From: Camelus ferus
Lineage: Eukaryota
Assembly (NCBI RefSeq): GCF_009834535.1
Contig: NC_045697.1
Coordinates: 77,130,001-77,194,000 of the forward strand
Direction of reading: 5' to 3'
Length of the DNA stretch: 64,000 nucleotides
Position 1 is the first letter of the stretch; each line of letters opens with the position of its first letter. Shown here one piece after another: positions 39,681-51,524 of the stretch. Made by a program: the position numbers and the translations under genes. The notes beneath the pieces are model-generated. The model saw nothing but the letters and a program-made list of their open reading frames with translations, was not told the DNA's origin and made no database searches.

Positions 39681-42000
39681 ATTGTATATACATAAATGTA
39701 TTTAAATATGAAGTGTTTATTAGCAATTTATGGAGCTGGTTTTGATTAATTTAATTTATCATGAAAAGAATGCCTCCTGTCTACCTTAGAATAAAGCTCC
39801 TGCTACTTAGATTATTATGATTTATGATTTGGTATCTGAATCTTAAAGTCATAAAAGTTTTAATACTTAGTAAGGAATTTAGGTCTCATCTAGCCATCCC
39901 TCTGACTTAGCAGCTCTGAGCACAGGGACCCAGAAATTTTGAGTTGGCCAGGATAGCAAGGATCTGGATAGAGAGAGAAATCTAGCTGTAAATCATGCCT
40001 GTGCAAGGAGATTTTTATAAGAGAGTTTTCAATAAGCTAATGATAGAATGAGACAGATAAAGGGAAAGAGGGAATTGATTTTGTGCTGAATATTTCAGGA
40101 AGCCAGGAACTGAGCTGGCACATTAGTAATGAGCTTTATTTTGAAAGTGGAAACAGAGTATAGGATAGGTTGCTTATACCTGACTCTAATTCCTGCCTTG
40201 TGTCTACCAGTATTAGTCATAAAGGAGACCCTTAACCGTGTTAAAAGATAAATCTTCCAAATCTCTGGAAAACAAAGTTGTTTCTGTACATTTCTTTTTC
40301 TTCTCCAACACCCGTAAGAAGTGTAACTTAAGATTGTCAGTAAGAACCACTGCTGCGGTGGTTCTTGCCATGTGCAGCAGTGTGGGGGTGGTCACGTGTG
40401 AATATTTTGTCTGAAGTACTCTTAGTGATTCCAAAAGGTTCTTCGCCCTCATCTTCCATTCGAGTTTGAGGGTTCCTGCTCTACTGCGTGCTAGCTCTAG
40501 TCACCATAACCTCCACATCACTGGGTTTGGCCTGTGAATAAACCAGTAACATCGAGACATTCAAGATTAAAAACCTCCAAGGATATTCAATGGTCTGCTT
40601 TTTGTTTCTGTTAGTAACCTAAATTTTTCATATCTTTACCCTTGATTAAAGCATTTGTCCTTTTTTTAGTCACAATTACTTAATTCAGTTATACCTATAG
40701 CAGTGGGTGGGAATGGGAGACCCCCTGCAAAGAAATAGTTTTTAAAACTGCAGCGTTAACTTGCTGGGAAAGTATGAGGATATAGCCCTAGAAACAGGAG
40801 CCAGTCCAACGAAGGTGAGTGACTATTTGTGAATTAAATAGACTATGCAAAACCAAAAGGATAAAATTGGGAATGGAAAATAGAAAAAACATATATATAT
40901 AATATTACAGTGGAAAATAAAAGTATTAGGAAAGTTAAAAAAAAAAAAAGGAAACGGTGATAGGATAGCAGCAAGGTAGTATGATAGTTTTGGAAAGGGC
41001 TGTGGCTGCGGCTTTGCGAAAAAGGAATTTGCTGCCTCCAATCTGATTGGTAACAAATAGCCCTAATACTCAGTGACCTTAGAAATCTCAAAGAAGTGAA
41101 GAAATTAGTCTGTGTAAACAACATAAATCTTGACCAGTGTTGTAAACTAAATACCCACATGGCTTGTTGTATTCTGTTCTCTGACAGGCTTTTTGACCGA
41201 GCTTGCAGACTGTATCTGAGTAGCCTGATTGACCACTCATAATAGTAATAATGCTTTTTGCTTTTGATGCACACTATTTTGGCATCCTGTAACATTCAAA
41301 AATATTTTAAAGACATTGCTAAAACAACAGATTACATAATAACAGTTAACATACTTGGTGGTACTTAGAAATATACTTTGGCAAGATAAAGCATCTATCT
41401 TATTAATGAAGAAAGCTTGACAGGCTTTTAAATGGTAATTTGTTCTTCTTTGCTGTATCTTTTTTTTTTTTTTTTTTTTTGTATCATTGGCTTTTGAATA
41501 CTGAGTTCTAACAGGAAATTTTAAACGATTGATGATAGATGAAATGTCTCAATGTTCCTAAATGTGGTTTTTATTTAAAATTTTACATGTTAAAATCTGA
41601 TTTGCATTAGTTCTCCTTAAAATGCTTAAACAAGATACATCATTTTTATAATATTACTGAAAATATGAGTACTTTTTCACTTAATGGAATGTGTTTCACA
41701 GGAAAGTTAGCAAGAAATCTTTGGTTTTAATCATTATCAGTTTTAGTATTGGTTTATTATTTGAATATAGTTCAATTTTCTGAAGCATGAACTCTATTAA
41801 ACATGTCAGTGGTTTCATCTGAAAATGGAAAGTTCCATGTTTGCTGTCCGCTGATATACATTGGTATAGATAGGGATAACTTTTCTATTTTCTTTAAAAA
41901 GCATATGTGGTTATTCTTAGACTTAGTTTACTATCCTTTGTTTTTAATAAAATTTGTTTACTTAGCACTTTGAATTTTAAATTGTCATTTGTATCTTTAG

Positions 42001-42119
42001 GCTTCCTGGCGATTCACGAACAAGAATAGGATTCATGACCTTTGATAGCACTATTCATTTCTACAACTTACAAGAAGGATTATCACAGCCTCAAATGTTG
42101 ATTGTGTCTGATATAGATG
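42001..42119 (+). CDS. SEC24B: SEC24B exon 12 (119 nt)
   Basis: ctttAG|G CTT...GAT G|GTAAGC; LPGDSRTRIGFMTFDSTIHFYNLQEGLSQPQMLIVSDID. Confidence 0.96.
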
Positions 42120-42472
42120 GTAAGCAGTGAATAAAATAACAGTCTTTTTCACTATAGAAGTTTGGAATTCAGGCTACTGTATTTTACAATACCTCATGTC
42201 ATAATGCTGTAAGGATAATTTGGCGCACTTTGATATTTGTTTTAAAATCATTGTTTTCCTGGAAAATACGTGATTATAAGTTCTTTACACCTGTGTGTGT
42301 ATACCTACACACGCTCAAGCACACACACGTGTGTAATACAGAGTGTATGTAGTTAATAAAGCACTATCACTGTACCCATTACATGTATGGCCTTTAAAAA
42401 ACTAAGATTTTTAAATGTGAAATTCTTTTGACCTGATTTATCTTTTGGTTAAAATACATGTTTTTCCTATAG

Positions 42473-42528
42473 ATGTTTTCCTGCCCACACCGGATAGCTT
42501 GCTTGTGAATCTACATGAAAGTAAAGAG
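42473..42528 (+). CDS. SEC24B: SEC24B exon 13 (56 nt)
   Basis: cctatAG|AT GTT...GAG|GTGAGA; DVFLPTPDSLLVNLHESKE. Confidence 0.95.
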
Positions 42529-42776
42529 GTGAGAGTGATTTTTTTTCCTTAAAGTATTAAAATATTTCTGTTACTTCAACTGATAACTAAAATGCTGAAC
42601 ATCTGTTATACGTGGACTATATCAACATTGCAGTAAACAATGTAGGTAGCACATTGTTGACTACTCAGTTTACCATCCCCTAAAATGTAGTGGCACATAC
42701 TATACTCTGGGATGTTTTAAAGAAGAATATTGCCTTGCTTTCCCAGTAATTCAACTTTTAATCCTTGTTTCTCCAG

Positions 42777-42983
42777 CTTATAAAAGACTTACTGAATGCA
42801 TTACCAAATATGTTCACCAACACAAGAGAGACACACAGCGCCCTGGGTCCTGCACTTCAGGCTGCCTTTAAATTAATGTCTCCAACAGGCGGCCGTGTGT
42901 CTGTGTTTCAGACACAGTTGCCTTCCTTGGGGGCAGGTCTTCTGCAGTCCAGAGAGGACCCTAATCAGAGATCCAGCACAAAG
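42777..42983 (+). CDS. SEC24B: SEC24B exon 14 (207 nt)
   Basis: ctccAG|CTT...AAG|GTATTT; LIKDLLNALPNMFTNTRETHSALGPALQAAFKLMSPTGGRV...PNQRSSTK. Confidence 0.97.
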
Positions 42984-44896
42984 GTATTTTACATTGGTTT
43001 CTCTGTCATGCTCAGGATCGTGTCTCTGCCTCTAAGACTGTGTCTGTTCTGTTTTTCCACTTCATTGATAGTAAGGAAAAAAACTGGTGAGACAGTTTAA
43101 CTCAAATTAATCTTTCTTTGTTATTGTGTTGCCTTGTGTTCTTTTTATAACTTTGTTTACAAGTTATAGAAATTTATACATTATCTACCCCAACCCTTTT
43201 ATTTTACAGATGAGGAAACAGATTAAACAGTCTTACCAAAGGTTAAGTAACTGTTTAATGGTAAAGATGTGACTTGAATTTCTGGCTCCAGTGCTCTTTT
43301 CTGTTTCACAAGTGATAATACTCACGATCTGAGGTTATAATTTAACATGCACATACTAATACATTTTTTCATTATGAAGGTGATACAAATCACTATATAA
43401 AACTTGGAAAATGGAAACTAATATAAATGATCAATTATCTCACTGTTAAGATAATAGCATTTAGTTACACAAATACATACAAGTAAGCATAATTGGGCCT
43501 TACATGTGTATACCATGTTTATTCATTGACATTTTTCACTGAAGAGTATATAGTGAACATTTTCTGAGGTCCCTAAAAATTCTCTTTAAAAATATTTTTT
43601 AGTAAACGTGAAAACTTGATTTAATTAATTGCCTCCTAGTGTTGAATAGTTGTTGCCAGTGTTTTCATTATTTAAAAAAAGAAAATGAGACTGAATATTA
43701 CTTAAGTTTTACATGGAGATTTGGTCAGGGTATTGTAATCCCTTATTTCAAATAAAAATTTTACTAGAACAATCATTTTTGTTCTGTACGTAAGTTTTGT
43801 CTGACTTCAACTTACAGATAAGAAAATGCCATTGCAAATAGTTATGAGTGTGAATTAAACATTTTTAATAATGTCAGTTATGAGTATGAGTTAACAGTTT
43901 TAATAGTGTCATAAAATTTTTAGCCACATATTCAGTTTTTCCTTAAGATAAATTCCTAGAAGTGGATTATTGGGTTAGGGAGTGTAAACTGTATTTACAC
44001 TTTTATTGTGCTTTATTTATTGGGGTTGTTACCGTCCTGTACTCTAAAGGACTCTCATCTTCTAGCCACCATTAAGTATTGTTGCTTTTTTATTCTTCAC
44101 CACATTGCTAGAGAAGAGCAGCACCATATTTTACTTTTTATAGACATTGTGTTTTTAAATTGCTTTTGAGAAAGGAGCTAATTTCAAAATAAATTGGAGC
44201 AAGTATATTTTAATTCATCAACAAGTACAGCTAGCATTCAGTTCACTGACCCATTGAAATCCACTGAGAATACTGAGGTGTTTTGAGCACAGGAAAGTGT
44301 TTACTGATTCTTCAATACAGTTTTGTGGGTTTTGTCCCCTCATTTAACTTCCAGAAATGCTCTCTTTCTGCCTGGCACTCAACAGCGTAAGTATCTGTTC
44401 TGTATTGCATATTCCTCTATATTTGAGGAAACTCTAATACGATAATCACGCACTGTAATTAAGAAGATTGAAACATATTGTTGTATAGTGTAGTAATTAA
44501 GAACTTGGAGCCTGGCTTTTGCATTCTTAACTCTTCTCCAGTGCCATCTCCTCAGCTCAAGTGTCCTCACACCAACAGGAAAAGCCTTCCTTAATCTGTT
44601 ACTCTCTCGTGTTTTTGCTTAGCAGTATACATATAATAATGGCTAACAGCAGTCACGCTGGAGCCAGACTTCCTGACTTTATGTTACAACTATGGAACTG
44701 ATCAAGTTACTTTATCATTTTTTTGTCTGTTTCCTCATCTGTAAATGTGGATAACTCTATGAGATACATATTACTATGAGGATTAAATAATGTAATTTAT
44801 ATGAAACATCTGTGCTGGCACATAAGTGCTTTCTTTATAGATGTTAGCAATTATTCCCAGGGTTTCTAGCTCTTACTTTATGACCTGTTGACTTAG

Positions 44897-45020
44897 GTTG
44901 TACAGCATCTTGGCCCTGCAACTGATTTTTATAAGAAACTCGCCTTAGATTGCTCAGGGCAGCAGACTGCAGTGGACCTGTTCCTTTTAAGTTCACAGTA
45001 TTCTGATCTCGCTTCTCTAG
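44897..45020 (+). CDS. SEC24B: SEC24B exon 15 (124 nt)
   Basis: acttAG|GTT...CTA G|GTAAGG; VVQHLGPATDFYKKLALDCSGQQTAVDLFLLSSQYSDLASL. Confidence 0.96.
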
Positions 45021-45430
45021 GTAAGGAGATACTACTGTATTTATCTGTTTACATAAATATTTCTAGCATATAGTTAAATCTAAACTTTTAAGTTCTCAAT
45101 AGTTTCAGGGGAGACATACGTGAATTAGATAATGTCTATGAAAATTACTGGTAAACTTCAAAGCACTATACAAATATAAAATGCTATGTTTTTAAAACAT
45201 AGTTCCCTTATCATTCTGCTCAACAGTAAACCTTACCATATGTTACATTTTACAGATATTTGTGTTTCTCAGAGTTATATATTATCCTCATTTTTTTTAA
45301 CAGCTTAGGTTTTTTTTCATTATAACTTAGATTTCTTTGTAATATAGAATCTGCACTTTGTAATATAGGATATGGACAAGTAGGATATTATTGTTTCTGC
45401 AGGTAATTCTTTTTATATTTCTCTCTAAAG

Positions 45431-45589
45431 CTTGCATTTCCAGGTATTCTGCAGGCTGCATCTATTATTATCCGTCTTTCCACTATATGCACAATCCTTC
45501 ACAAGCAGAGAAGTTACAAAAAGACCTAAAACGATATCTCACAAGAAAAATTGGGTTTGAAGCTGTTATGAGAATAAGGTGTACTAAAG
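45431..45589 (+). CDS. SEC24B: SEC24B exon 16 (159 nt)
   Basis: ctctaaAG|CT TGC...AAA G|GTATGA; ACISRYSAGCIYYYPSFHYMHNPSQAEKLQKDLKRYLTRKIGFEAVMRIRCTK. Confidence 0.95.
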
Positions 45590-46306
45590 GTATGAAATAA
45601 TACAAATTATGCTTTGTACTATATACTTTTGTCAAAATTAATAAACATTCATATATTGACTATGACTACATATAATAATTATAAAGGATTTTCTGCTTGA
45701 TTCAGTTAGCCGTATCCTGTTATAAATATATATATATATAGTTATTGAATAGCCATTGCCCAATTTTTTAAGTAATTTGAGTAAGTGGGAAAAGGTAGTG
45801 TTTTGCTTTATTAGGAAGAATCTAAGAGAAAGCCCATATTGGAGGTGATTTCAGAAGAATTTGAGGAATAGGGACAATTTTAAGTGAAAATTGTCAAATT
45901 AATAGTCTGCCTTCCTAATCATCTCAGATGGTCTTCAGTTTTGTATTGTCTTCATTTTATGTGAATGTTGGAAGGATTCTCATCCTTTATTTTAATTCTT
46001 AAGTAAGTTGTACAGTAAAAGCTTCATTGGTTTAATTTTATATGTTAGGTCTTTGACTTTAGATCACAAAGGAGGAAATATTAAAAGATTAGTTGTCAAT
46101 ACAAGTTAAATGTGTAGTCTCCTTTTGCATAACCTGCACTGGGCTTTTTTTTGAATTAGTATTTTAGAACCTCCACTGACACTCCAGTACTACTCCCCAG
46201 TTATCCTTTTGATTCAAAATCAGAGATGTTTTTTATTTTAAAAAGTAGCTTTAGCCTAAGATACTGCTCTTACTTCATCTTTTATGACAAGTTTCCTCTT
46301 ACCTAG

Positions 46307-46480
46307 GTCTTTCAATGCATACTTTTCATGGAAACTTCTTCGTCCGTTCCACTGATCTGTTATCCCTTGCCAACATCAATCCTGATGCTGGGTTTGCAGT
46401 ACAGCTGTCAATTGAAGAAAGTTTGACAGATACTTCCTTAGTGTGCTTTCAGACAGCCCTACTGTATACGTCAAGCAAAG
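46307..46480 (+). CDS. SEC24B: SEC24B exon 17 (174 nt)
   Basis: acctAG|GT CTT...AAA G|GTAAGG; GLSMHTFHGNFFVRSTDLLSLANINPDAGFAVQLSIEESLTDTSLVCFQTALLYTSSK. Confidence 0.97.
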
Positions 46481-47102
46481 GTAAGGTTAACAGAAATGAA
46501 ATATAACCTGTGGCAGTGATTCTCTCCTCCTTTCACAGGCTGGGAGAATGGGGAGAATGAATGAACACACGATGGGAGGTAATGGAATCTGTATTAGTTA
46601 ATTGAATATAAGTTCCAGTCTTTTTTTTCAACTTATTTTTGATTCTTTAAATAATACCTTTTTTGACTTGTGGAAGACTTGTATTCCCAGGATCACACTA
46701 CCAGAATGTCTCATACCGAATCCACCTGTGTCATCCTGAACATTATTTCTTTCCCCGTAACATGAATTCTGCATGGCGTTTGAAGCCTACATTTATTATT
46801 TCATAGTCTTAAGTTTTCTGACGTTTTACTATGTTGCATGTAATTTAGAATGAGTGATAATAAAATAAAAACCAAAATCTAATGTTCAGCTGTATACAAA
46901 ATACAGTATATGTTCATATTCTGTGTTCAGATTTAGAAGGTATTTAATTTTCTTTAAGACATGTTCATTGTAAAACTTTCAGAATCCTGTTGGTGATTTA
47001 ATCTAATCAAAACAATAACTTGAGTAATACTTTGATCTGTTTGATTTATTTCTGTGTTGGTCTGATGTATGTTGCAATGACATGGACTTATCCTTTCATT
47101 AG

Positions 47103-47213
47103 GTGAGCGGAGAATTAGAGTGCATACGCTTTGCTTGCCAGTGGTAAGTTCACTAGCAGACGTATATGCAGGAGTGGATGTACAAGCTGCCATCTGCCTT
47201 CTGGCAAACATGG
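47103..47213 (+). CDS. SEC24B: SEC24B exon 18 (111 nt)
   Basis: cattAG|GT GAG...ATG G|GTGAGT; GERRIRVHTLCLPVVSSLADVYAGVDVQAAICLLANM. Confidence 0.96.
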
Positions 47214-47322
47214 GTGAGTGAAAAAGTGAAGGAATAGGTGAAATATATTTTTCTGTCCTCAAAACTGAAGCCTGGGCATTTTTTTTTACCCTGGAAATCC
47301 CTTGTTTATAAAGTACATATCT

Positions 47323-47460
47323 GGGGGAGGATACAGCTCAAGTGGTAGAGCGTATGCTTGGCGTGTGCAGGGTCCTGGATTCAATCCCCAGTACCTCCTC
47401 TAAAAATAAACCTAATTACCTTCCTCCCCCACACAAAAAAGTTAAAATAAACAAAAATGT
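47323..47460 (+). mobile_element. tRNA-Ala-derived SINE (Vic-1-like)
   Basis: GGGGGAGGATACAGCTCAAGTGGTAGAGCG...GGATTCAATCCCCAGTACCTCCTCTAAAAATAAACCTAATTACC plus an A tail; pol III A and B boxes. Confidence 0.9.
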
Positions 47461-47569
47461 TTTTTAAAAAGGTATGTATGGTTTACATTTTCATTTGCAG
47501 CAGTGTGAATTGGACTGTTCTTATATTTCTCACTAATTCTTTAATTTAAAAATCTTTTGTGGGATTCAT

Positions 47570-48002
47570 AATCACTAATAACTGGTAACAACTCAAATGT
47601 CTTTCAACTGGTGAATGCATGGACAAACTATGGTACTTCCATGCGATGGAATACAACTTCGCGATGAATGAACTGTTAGTATGCGAATGGACATGGATGA
47701 CTCAAAGGCATTATATTAAGTGCCAGAAGCTAGACTCAAAGAGGCTACATACTTGTGGTTCCATTTATATTACATTCTGGAAAAGTGAAAATTATAGGGA
47801 TGAAGAATAGATCAGTGATTATCAGGGTTGGGGGCAGAGACAGTTTTACCACAAAGGGGCAGCACCAGGGAATACCTTTGGGGTGATGGAACTGTTGTAT
47901 ATCTTGAGTGTGGCAGTGATTACATGGCTGTGCATTTGATGTATAACCACCATGGAACTATATTCAAAAAAGTAAATTTTACTGTATGTGAGTTTAAAAA
48001 CA
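47570..48002 (+). mobile_element. Old L1M 3' end
   Basis: caactggtgaatgcatggacaaactatggtac...ggtgatggaactgttgtatatcttga...aattttactgtatgtg. Confidence 0.7.
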
Positions 48003-48941
48003 ATTTGTTAGGGAATTAATATAACACTGAGTGTTTTGTTTTTAACAAATCTACCTTTTAGATAAATGTATATGTAAAATGAACCATGTTATTTTCCGTG
48101 TAATCCTGGAGAAAAATAATCATTATTACTCATTTTAGGAAAAAGGATAATAGTATTTTTACTAAAGGATTCCAATATTTTAACTATCACTTTGTGTCTG
48201 TATTTCAAATTAATTATAGCTAACCATAATTATTTTTCAATATAATCTTATTTTTAGTACTTGGGCATATATGTAGGTCATTTTTATTTTAATAGGTCTT
48301 ATTTCAGAGACAAAAAAATGGAGGCTCAGAGAGGTCAATCAGTTTGCCTAGACTTGCACAGCTAGTAAATCCAAGAGCCCAGGCTGGACCTCTAGTCCAT
48401 CCAACTCCCAAATCTTATATACATAGAGGAAAATAAGTTCCACACTGATAGCTGGCTCTTCAGTGTCTGTATGAGAACCTGTGTTTAGTTTGCCCTCTAT
48501 TTTTGTTGACCTAGGAAGGCTTTGACAAAGGACATATTAGAGGGTAATAAGGGATATTTCACTTCACAAAACTTACATTGTTTACGCAGAAAAGAGTGAT
48601 ACTTAATCATGTGACTTCTGTTTGCGTAATGGAAATATCCCCAAGAGCTTTCTCAGAAGTAGGTGGATGATACACATTCTCTAATATCAGTAGTGGTTAT
48701 GTTTTCAAATTTAAAAAAGATTAAAACAAAAAGGTCGAAAGCAATCTAGATTTGTTTTGATTGTCAGGTTTATTCAGATTTAGTTCCAAAAAATTGTGTA
48801 ATGAGGGAGCAAGTAAAATGTATTTTTCTAACCTAAAAATGAAATTTTTGTTGGTTTCTTAAATAATGCATGTAAATTTTATGTTGTAGTATTCATTGGC
48901 ATCTGTTGGTTAAATACCTTTCCATTTTGTTTGCTTTATAG

Positions 48942-49117
48942 CTGTGGATCGATCAATTTCATCAAGCCTATCAGATGCAAGAGATGCCCTAGTGAACGCT
49001 GTGGTGGATTCATTATCTGCATATGGTTCAACTGTCTCAAACTTACAGCACTCTGCATTGATAGCACCCAGCTCCCTCAAGTTGTTTCCTCTCTATGTAC
49101 TGGCCCTTCTCAAACAG
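48942..49117 (+). CDS. SEC24B: SEC24B exon 19 (176 nt)
   Basis: ttatAG|CT GTG...CAG|GTAGTT; AVDRSISSSLSDARDALVNAVVDSLSAYG...LFPLYVLALLKQ. Confidence 0.97.
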
Positions 49118-49525
49118 GTAGTTTTCTATACACTGTTAACTTTAATAAAGTCTTTTGAAATTCTCGATACATAGGTGAAGAAATGAAATCTCAGTTTTCT
49201 GTGGGATTTTAAATATTTAATTGATGGTTATACAGCTTAGCATTGGAAGACTTTGAAGAACAGGAAAAGATCAGTGGAAAATGAAGGTGTATAAATACAG
49301 ATGACTCTCATGGAACCATACACTCTCACTCTAACATGTGGGGGCAACTTAAATAATGGTGTACGTACATATGATGACAACATAACTTTGAGAAGCTAAT
49401 TAACTTGCTCACGTACCTACCTATTAAATGTTAGGGCTGAGATTTGAATCCAGGTCTCTCTGATGTGAATATTTGTTCACTATATTTGTGTTTTACTGAG
49501 TGATGTGTATCGTTTTTCCATGTAG

Positions 49526-49663
49526 AAAGCCTTTAGAACTGGTACAAGCACACGCCTGGATGACCGTGTATATGCCATGTGTCAGATAAAGTGTCAGCCG
49601 CTTGTTCATCTAATGAAAATGATTCACCCCAACTTATACAGGATAGACAGATTGACAGATGAG
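49526..49663 (+). CDS. SEC24B: SEC24B exon 20 (138 nt)
   Basis: catgtAG|AAA...GAG|GTATGG; KAFRTGTSTRLDDRVYAMCQIKCQPLVHLMKMIHPNLYRIDRLTDE. Confidence 0.96.
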
Positions 49664-50296
49664 GTATGGTTTCTTTTAGTGTGTTTGAAATTTTTTAATT
49701 TAAATATATTTGAGTGTCTTGATTCTACAGCTAAGATGATGTATGAGTAACAGTTTCTTCTGTTTTTCCCCTGTAGTACTAATACATTAAAAAAGAACAC
49801 TAGCCATCGGTTTAGTTGGACAATAGGACTATCGGATACAATTATGATTATGGAGTTTTCAAAAAGAGTTTCATACAAAAGCAATTCACCTTGTGGGTTT
49901 GGTTACAATACTTATTACAAAGCTAAGTTGTAGAGTGAGCACGTCCACTTAAATTTTGGAGATACTGACTGTTTCTGATATGATCAGAGCACAACTTTGA
50001 TTATAGTGTTATAAACCAAATCTGGTATCCAATAGTATTTTTAAAATGGAATTATGTAGTCTCTTTTTCTTCATTGTGTTAAAACTCCACTCTTTGGAAT
50101 CTTCTGTGTGTTTTGTTACTGAGATATGTTAGTCATACTTCTAACATATCCTGATCCCAGCAGGGGAGGAAATGGCCAGATCATTTTACATATTCATGTT
50201 TTTATCTTTTAAATTTGAATATACTTGAGTGTCTTTTAATTTAAATACATTTAAGTGTCTTGATTCTACAGCCAAGGTGGAAATATGTTACCAATA

Positions 50297-50451
50297 TAGT
50301 GACCCTTGATAGTCAGCCTTCCATATCCTCTGTCCTGTACACACAGATTCAACCAGCTGCAGATCATGTAGTACTGTAGTATTTCTTGAAAAAAGCTGCA
50401 TATATGTGGACTCATGTAGTTCAAATCCATGTTGTTCAAAGGTCATCTGTA
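50297..50451 (-). mobile_element. Tigger-derived MITE (MER8/Tigger2-like)
   Basis: The reverse complement begins TA CAGATGACCTTTGAACAACATGGATTTGAACT (Tigger TIR-like); a partial TIR TGACCCTTGA is at the left end. Confidence 0.7.
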
Positions 50452-50569
50452 ATTTTTTGCATCCTCCAAAATTCTCAAATGTCATTTCATAAAGAGCTAG
50501 TGGCCATTAACTTCCAAACTGTGATAATAGTAGCGTAAGCTCATTGACATTCCATCTTTTTCTTTTCAG

Positions 50570-50674
50570 GGTGCGATACATGTTAACGACAGAGTTGTGC
50601 CTCAGCCACCTCTTCAAAAATTGTCTGCCGAGAAACTGACGAGAGAAGGTGCTTTCCTCATGGACTGTGGCTCT
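50570..50674 (+). CDS. SEC24B: SEC24B exon 21 (105 nt)
   Basis: ttttcAG|GGT...TCT|GTAAGC; GAIHVNDRVVPQPPLQKLSAEKLTREGAFLMDCGS. Confidence 0.96.
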
Positions 50675-51382
50675 GTAAGCACCGTCTGATGACAAAGCTT
50701 AACATTTTGGCTGGTAAAAGAAGAAACACTTACAGGGTCCAGCTCTATTATCACAGATCAGGCAGTGAAACATGGATTAGAAGCTCAGAGGGTGTCATGG
50801 ATGATACATACTTGATAAAGAGATAAATTCCTGTCTTCAAGGATTTTATCGTACAGACTCATAAAATTTAAAGGAACCTCAAAAGTCTATCTAGTTCAAC
50901 TTTATCCATTGTCTGAAATGCCATTAATGATTAGGAGTTCAGGAGAAGTCATCAGACAGGGTGGGGGTGAAGGGTGTCAGAATGGTCAAGATGGCTTCAT
51001 AAATGATACCTCATGATCAGGAAAAGGATCCTGACAGCCACAGAACGGGATGGGGCAAGGGGCGGGGGGCATTAGTTAAAGTACAGATAGTAGTTGAAAT
51101 AATGGAATTAGTGGACAGGAAGTATAGTGAATCAGTTACCCTGGTCGAAGCATTACATTCCTATTGGGGAAAAAGTAAGGAAGATGGTTAAAAAAAAAAA
51201 AAATCTAGACGCACTGTAGATTCCTGGATGTAGATGCCAAATGTGCCAATCACAGGTTTCCTTTTTACTTTAATGTCTGTTCCTACTTGATTTGAGTTTT
51301 GGATTAGTATACTTTACCTCTTTTATGCTTGATAATTTTGAGAAAAGGGAGTATTAATATTTTGTTGTTTTTTTATTTTTAG

Positions 51383-51475
51383 GCTTTTTACATTTGGATT
51401 GGAAAAAGCTGTGACAATAACTTTATAGAGGATGTGCTTGGGTATCCTAATTTTGCATCAATACCACAGAAAATG
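51383..51475 (+). CDS. SEC24B: SEC24B exon 22 (93 nt)
   Basis: tttttAG|GCT...ATG|GTCAGT; AFYIWIGKSCDNNFIEDVLGYPNFASIPQKM. Confidence 0.96.
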
Positions 51476-51524
51476 GTCAGTGCATTTTATACAGCTTTAA
51501 CTTTTACTTCCTTGTTTTAAATAT

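Noticed and set aside
40843..41295. 150-aa minus-strand ORF
   Set aside because: It is antisense and intronic, has a non-ATG start, and shows the Phe/Leu/Tyr bias typical of AT-rich noncoding DNA.
43840..43910. Degenerate ~36-bp tandem repeat (similar small duplications near 22115, 25572, 52603 and 54064)
   Set aside because: These are ordinary two-copy slippage duplications with no spacer or array structure.
45391..45408. ctgcAG|GTAATT as a recursive splice site
   Set aside because: Only 28 nt would remain before exon 16, too short for an intron.
47323..47400. tRNA-Ala gene (and the five similar copies)
   Set aside because: The stems are disrupted, and SINE-specific tails and TSDs show these are SINEs.
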